Shown: piece by piece, positions 23,141-27,337 of the stretch
Layout of the letters: each line of letters starts with the position of its first letter
Position numbering within the stretch: the stretch's first letter is position 1
Source: a bacterium
GTDB taxonomy: Bacteria; Hinthialibacterota; Hinthialibacteria; Hinthialibacterales; Hinthialibacteraceae
Direction of reading: 5' to 3'
Assembly: GCA_041946805.1 (NCBI GenBank)
Contig: JBHGBC010000079.1
Span: forward strand, 1-27,337
DNA length: 27,337 nt
The notes under the pieces: generated by a model
Told to the model about the DNA's origin: nothing
The model's input: the letters and a program-made list of their open reading frames with translations, nothing else
The model's database searches: none
Position numbers and translations under genes: made by a program

Positions 23141-23594
23141 GTCATACCCGCGCCAGCGGGATTTCAGAAAGGTTGAATAGACACCCGTAGGATCCAATGA
23201 GTATTATCACGTATTCCCTCACCCCGGCCCTCTCCCAGAGGGAGAGGGAGCAGAAAAGGTAACGGATTTGTGTTTCGGATCGTGATGGGTTAAACGAAGG
23301 TCTCCGATAAACGATTCTCCCCCCGAAGTTCGGGGGGAGTAAGAGGGGGAGTGTCGGCTTAGGCTCTATTGAGATTTCGTATTGATTGATAGGCCGAAAT
23401 TGAGTATGGTTTTTCAAGCGCCAACGGCGCGTTTAAACCAGCCCAGGGCTTTAGCCCCGGGACCATGGCATTGAGTTCCCTCTCCCTCTGGGAGAGGATT
23501 AGGGTGAGGGAATTTGGTCAGATGGGTCAACGCACAGCACATAATCCATCCAATTCTCGGACATCTTGTGTATCCTGGCCATCCTGATTCAGAC
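23141..23594. repeat. Mixed repeat cluster (dRS3-like, PIT x2, second triplex motif, hairpin A, ATCCTG repeats)
   Basis: 23141-67 dRS3-like; 23216-48 PIT(-); 23317-49 CTCCCCCCGAA-G-TTCGGGGGGAG-TAA-GAGGGGG; 23418-30 GCGCC-AAC-GGCGC; 23442-61 hairpin A; 23478-510 PIT(+); 23562-94 ATC(T/C)TG x3. Confidence 0.8.
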
Positions 23595-23601
23595 TAAAAT
23601 C

Positions 23602-24285
23602 TCACCCCTGCTTCAACCAAACCAAAATCCCCGCGAGAAGCATGGCGGGCAGCAGGTTCCCCACCCGGACCTTGCCCAAGTCCAGCAGATTGATGGAGAT
23701 CCCCACGATCAGCAGGCCGCCCGCGGCCCCCACTTCGCGGATGACATACTCCGGCAGTCCCGCCCCGGCGGCGGCGAACGCCAAAGTCAATCCCCCCTGA
23801 AATCCCAGGACGGACAAGGCGCTGGCCATCACCCCGGCGCCCATCGCACCCGCCAGGAAGATGGCGGCGTGCCCGTCCAGCACGCTTTTCGTGTAGAGAA
23901 TGTCCCCGTTCCCCTCCACGCCGGCCCGGAACGAACCGACCACGCTCATGGCCCCGACGCAAAACAACAAACTCGCGGCGGCAAATCCATCGATGAATTC
24001 GGGGTTTGTCTGCTGCCCGAAGGCGTGTTTGATGAACTCGCCCGCCCCTTTCAGCCGTTCCTCGATGTTGATCCATTCCCCCAGCAACGCGCCCGCGATC
24101 AGGCTCAAGGCCAGCAGCGGAATCTCTCTCGTGTTCAACGCCTCGCGCAAGCCAATGAGCAGCGTCGCCAGGCCGATGGCTTGAAACAAAATCGTGCGGA
24201 AACGGAGTGACAGCCGGTTGTGAAACATCAGGCCCACCAGGGAACCGGTCATGACCGCCAAGGTATTCACCAAAGTCGGAAACAC
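23602..24285 (-). CDS. DUF554 family membrane protein
   Basis: TLVNTLAVMTGSLVG, FIDGFAAASLLFCVGAMSVVGS, LYTKSVLDG, GGLLIVGISINLL, VGNLLPA. Probable GTG start at 24285 after GAGGA (alternative ATG 24300). Confidence 0.9.
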   Translation of the reverse strand: MFPTLVNTLAVMTGSLVGLMFHNRLSLRFRTILFQAIGLATLLIGLREALNTREIPLLALSLIAGALLGEWINIEERLKGAGEFIKHAFGQQTNPEFIDGFAAASLLFCVGAMSVVGSFRAGVEGNGDILYTKSVLDGHAAIFLAGAMGAGVMASALSVLGFQGGLTLAFAAAGAGLPEYVIREVGAAGGLLIVGISINLLDLGKVRVGNLLPAMLLAGILVWLKQG

Positions 24286-24539
24286 ATCGTCCTCGTTCAT
24301 CACGCGCGGCGGCGGAATGGGATATCCGGCGCAGTGTATCGTGTTCCCTCTGCGCGATGAAGTTCCTCGGAGCCGCGCGGGACGGCAATGGGTGGAGCGC
24401 CATGAATTCTTGTGCTACGGTATAGTCCCTTCTTTCCGGGACCGTCCGCCGGAGACATTGCCATGGGGATACCCGGCCGCCAATGAGCGGCATGCAGGGC
24501 TGGACGGCGGACAGGCCGAACGAGGCTTTACGAGACGAG

Positions 24540-25619
24540 ATGGATTCTTGCATCTATTTTCCACATTTTTACCTGACTAACGATACCGTTCTCCGGCATC
24601 AATATTTGTATCTTCCTTCCTTGTGCCGGATCCACACCTCCAGCCGCCCTCCCCGGGACAGCAAAGAACTGAAGCGGTTCTTGTCGGAACTGAGCCAGTT
24701 CGGTTTTTTGCATCAGTGGTTTCCGGAAGAGGCCCGGCCGGAAACCGGCCGCCGGTTCCTCCAGGTGGTCGAACACGGATTCCGGGACCACCTGCCGGAA
24801 TATATCCGCCTTCTGGGGAAATACGAAAAGGAACGCACATCCGCCAAGACCTTTCACCTTTGCCAGGTCAACCAGTGGCCGGAGGCGGCGCAACGCCTGG
24901 CAGATCTCGGCATCGCGAAAATCGACCGCTACCACGAGTGGTGCTTCTCCACCCGCCGGATGGTCATGACCCTGACCACCTGCCTTGCCATCGAACGGCA
25001 AGCCGCTCTCCAGATACCCCGGTGCACCGACAATCCCGAATACGACGAACTGGCCATGCTGATCGAAGGCCTGCCTCCGGGGAAGGATACCGGCCGGACG
25101 GTCTGGCGCGCGGTGCTGGAATTCCCGTACTTCATCCCCCAAAACCTGGGGGATCTCTCCCTGGACCGGCTGCAAACCCTGCGCGAGGAAATCGCCTCCT
25201 ATACCCGTTTTTACCAGGAGGCGCTGCCGGAGTCGGCCCGCCAGCTCGGCCAGGCCGATTCGCCGGCCGCCCGGGAGGCCGCTTTCCACGCCTTGGCGGG
25301 CCGGCTGAACGAAACCGCGGCGGGCATCCAGGACCGGCTGAAGGTATTCAACGTCCTTCCACGACGCGTGTATGGGCAATACCGGTGGTATATCTCCCCC
25401 GGCGGACCGTTGGAATCGGTTTCCGTGGAGAGCGCGGCTCCAGTCCGGGACGTGAGCTGGCTGCTCCAGCCCTGGCCGGTATCCCCGGAAGAAGTGGAAT
25501 CCATCACCCGCTATCCCGGGTGTTATGTCTGGTCGTTGGCCGCCCCGGCGCAAAATACGGGCGGATTAGGTAAGGCGGTTTCCGGTTGGTTGAAACAGCT
25601 GTGGCCGGCGCGCGGGTAG
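24540..25619 (+). CDS. Hypothetical cytoplasmic protein (N-terminus reminiscent of DUF6236-type proteins)
   Basis: Long ORF with protein-like composition; CIYFPHF..NDTVLRHQYLYLPSLCRI loosely resembles a YYP..W.K..LLYWD.I.RI pattern recalled for DUF6236. Family call is weak. Confidence 0.6.
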   Translation: MDSCIYFPHFYLTNDTVLRHQYLYLPSLCRIHTSSRPPRDSKELKRFLSELSQFGFLHQWFPEEARPETGRRFLQVVEHGFRDHLPEYIRLLGKYEKERTSAKTFHLCQVNQWPEAAQRLADLGIAKIDRYHEWCFSTRRMVMTLTTCLAIERQAALQIPRCTDNPEYDELAMLIEGLPPGKDTGRTVWRAVLEFPYFIPQNLGDLSLDRLQTLREEIASYTRFYQEALPESARQLGQADSPAAREAAFHALAGRLNETAAGIQDRLKVFNVLPRRVYGQYRWYISPGGPLESVSVESAAPVRDVSWLLQPWPVSPEEVESITRYPGCYVWSLAAPAQNTGGLGKAVSGWLKQLWPARG

Positions 25620-25643
25620 GATTGAGAACAGGTCCGTGGGGAT

Positions 25644-25892
25644 TTACTCGGGGGCCGCGCTGTTCTTTTTTTGGAGCACCTTGACCAAGCCGCTTAAATT
25701 TTGGGATCCGGAACGCGCCGCCGCTTGGTTTTCCTGCTGGATGGACTCGTAAATCTCCTTGCGGTGGATGGAAACGTTCCGCGGAGCGGTGACGCCCAGC
25801 TTCACCTGCTCGCCCTTGATGTCCACCACGGTGATGATCACATCATCCCCGATGATGATGCTTTCGTCGCGCTTTCGGCTCAGTACCAGCAT
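25644..25892 (-). CDS. csrA: Carbon storage regulator CsrA (long C-terminus type)
   Basis: [18 protein letters not shown]...[29 protein letters not shown]; 82 aa; the EN..A extension is typical of FliW-regulated CsrA; RBS GGAGG. Confidence 0.97.
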   Translation of the reverse strand: MLVLSRKRDESIIIGDDVIITVVDIKGEQVKLGVTAPRNVSIHRKEIYESIQQENQAAARSGSQNLSGLVKVLQKKNSAAPE

Positions 25893-26013
25893 TCGGGCCT
25901 CCAATGCCCCTGGATTCCATCCCCCCGCCCGCGGACGCGCCCGTCCCCGGCGCGCCGCGGTTCCCGGTCCGTTGGTCCTCCCCGGCCGGCCGCCCCGATA
26001 TCCCGTACGGCGG

Positions 26014-26517
26014 TCAGAAAGCCGGGCGATGGCGGGGTTGCGCCAGTTCCGGCGGTATCTCCTTGAGTAAAAAATGCTTGGTTTTGTACCGGTCGTCAAT
26101 CAGGACAAACTGTTTGGCCAGACGTTTCTCGGTGTTGATCAACAACGGACCGCGCAGATTGGCGGTCAGTTCCATCGGATTCTCCGGTACGGTCACGATG
26201 GTGAGCACGGTCGCCTTCGTGATATCGTCCAGTTGAATATCTTCCAGATCATGCGCCTTGACCTGGATCTCATACCCCGGGAAAAAAAGAAAGGGATCCA
26301 CGATCACGAAGGCCAGTTCCGGCAGATCCACGGATTGGAGCCACAGAAACGGCGCTTCCTCGGGATCCTTCAGGATGGCATAGCGGTGCAAGGGTGTGAA
26401 TCCGAGCAGCCCCTGGGGAATCCAGAGAAGCTCCGACGCGTCGAGCTCGATCTCCCCGAAACGGGCGGAGAGAAATTGAATGATCGGAGCCGGGGAAGAA
26501 GGCGGTGTGATGCCCAT
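26014..26517 (-). CDS. fliW: Flagellar assembly factor FliW
   Basis: [49 protein letters not shown]....AKQFVL; adjacent to csrA. Confidence 0.95.
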   Translation of the reverse strand: MGITPPSSPAPIIQFLSARFGEIELDASELLWIPQGLLGFTPLHRYAILKDPEEAPFLWLQSVDLPELAFVIVDPFLFFPGYEIQVKAHDLEDIQLDDITKATVLTIVTVPENPMELTANLRGPLLINTEKRLAKQFVLIDDRYKTKHFLLKEIPPELAQPRHRPAF

Positions 26518-26528
26518 GGGGTCGCAAT

Positions 26529-27290
26529 CTATCGGATTTCGATATGTTCTTCTTCCGTTAGTTTAAGAAATACTGATTCCAGGCGCAAGTCGGAGGTCTG
26601 ATCCAGCGCCAGGCGGCGCAACTCCTCGATCGACCCCAGGGCGATCAACTGGCCCCGCTGGATAATGCCGATCCGGTCGCATAACTCCTCCGCCACGTCC
26701 AGGGTATGAGTGGAAAGAAAGATGGTCATCCCCTCCTGGCTTTTGCGCTTCAGCAGATCCTTGACCAGGCGGCTGCTGCGGGGATCGAGACCCACCATGG
26801 GTTCGTCGACGATCAACACCTTGGGATCGTGCACCAGCGCGCCGGTCATGACCACCTTCTGCCGCATCCCGTGCGAATACGACTCGATCAGCGAATGGGC
26901 GGCGTCCAGCAGATCGAACAAGTGAAAAAAATGCTGGATGTGTTCGTCGATCCGGTCCGGCGGCACCCCGTACAATCCCCCGATAAAATGCACATACTCG
27001 TAGCCGGTCAGCTTTTCGTAGAGGTAAGGCCGGTCGGGAATGTACCCGGTGATCGCCTTGGCCTTCTCCGGCTCCCGGGCGATATCGTATTCCCCCACGC
27101 CATCCCCGCCCAGCACCACCCGGCCCGCCGTGGGACGCAACAGGCCGGCGATGATCTTGATGGTCGTGGTTTTCCCCGCCCCGTTCGGCCCCAGAAATCC
27201 GAAAAATTCCCCCTTCGGGATGCTCAGGGACAAATCGTGCAGCGCGCGGACCGCCCCATAGTATTTCGTCAATTGTTCGATTCTGATCAT
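26529..27290 (-). CDS. ABC-2 type transporter ATP-binding protein
   Basis: Walker A GPNGAGKTT, signature YSHGMRQK, Walker B LIVDEPMVGLDP, H-loop STH. Confidence 0.93.
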   Translation of the reverse strand: MIRIEQLTKYYGAVRALHDLSLSIPKGEFFGFLGPNGAGKTTTIKIIAGLLRPTAGRVVLGGDGVGEYDIAREPEKAKAITGYIPDRPYLYEKLTGYEYVHFIGGLYGVPPDRIDEHIQHFFHLFDLLDAAHSLIESYSHGMRQKVVMTGALVHDPKVLIVDEPMVGLDPRSSRLVKDLLKRKSQEGMTIFLSTHTLDVAEELCDRIGIIQRGQLIALGSIEELRRLALDQTSDLRLESVFLKLTEEEHIEIR

Positions 27291-27337
27291 TCCTGGACCT
27301 CGCGGATTCCTTCCCGGGTTCCCATACCTCCCCCCTC

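Noticed and set aside
23291..23310. TAAA...CCGATAA as a sigma28 promoter
   Set aside because: The spacer is about 8 nt rather than about 15, and it lies in a convergent gap with no downstream + strand gene.
25893..26099. 69-aa N-terminal extension of CsrA in the ORF track
   Set aside because: CsrA begins at the conserved MLVLSRK with a GGAGG RBS; the extension overlaps fliW and is low-complexity GC-rich translation.
1..27337. Autonomous mobile element (IS, RAYT, integrase) responsible for the repeats
   Set aside because: No ORF shows HUH/Y1, DDE or tyrosine/serine recombinase motifs; any mobiliser must be encoded elsewhere.

Overview
GC-rich bacterial chromosomal window. Its core is a flagellar C-ring/export/placement cluster on the + strand: fliL-fliM-fliY-(divergent fliN-like)-fliO-fliP-fliQ-fliR-flhB-flhA-flhF-flhG (6322-19939), preceded by sigma54-type and sigma70-type promoter motifs. 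A separate ABC ATPase-fliW-csrA unit lies on the - strand at the right end. Left flank: pssA, a fetA/fetB-type ABC pair, a degenerate PseG/SpsG-like GT-B protein, and a lipoprotein plus RsbT-like kinase/coiled-coil/PAS fusion transcribed divergently from fliL. Right flank: a lipoprotein, a secreted TPR protein, a divergent CxxC thioredoxin/HxlR pair, a DUF554 membrane protein and a hypothetical protein. Most large intergenic gaps, including four inside the flagellar cluster, are filled with small palindromic repeats: about 10 BoxC/PIT-like triplex/G4 motifs, REP-like hairpins and dRS3-like hairpins, forming a recurring composite module, a 145-bp tandem duplication and a perfect 28-bp fold-back. 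Notable protein oddities: FliY lacks both ExxN phosphatase motifs, FlhG has a ~175-aa Pro-rich tether, the PseG-like protein lacks its GxGH motif, and FlhB has NPTE. No rRNA, tRNA, CRISPR array or transposase was seen. All family calls come from motif recognition by eye; no searches were run.
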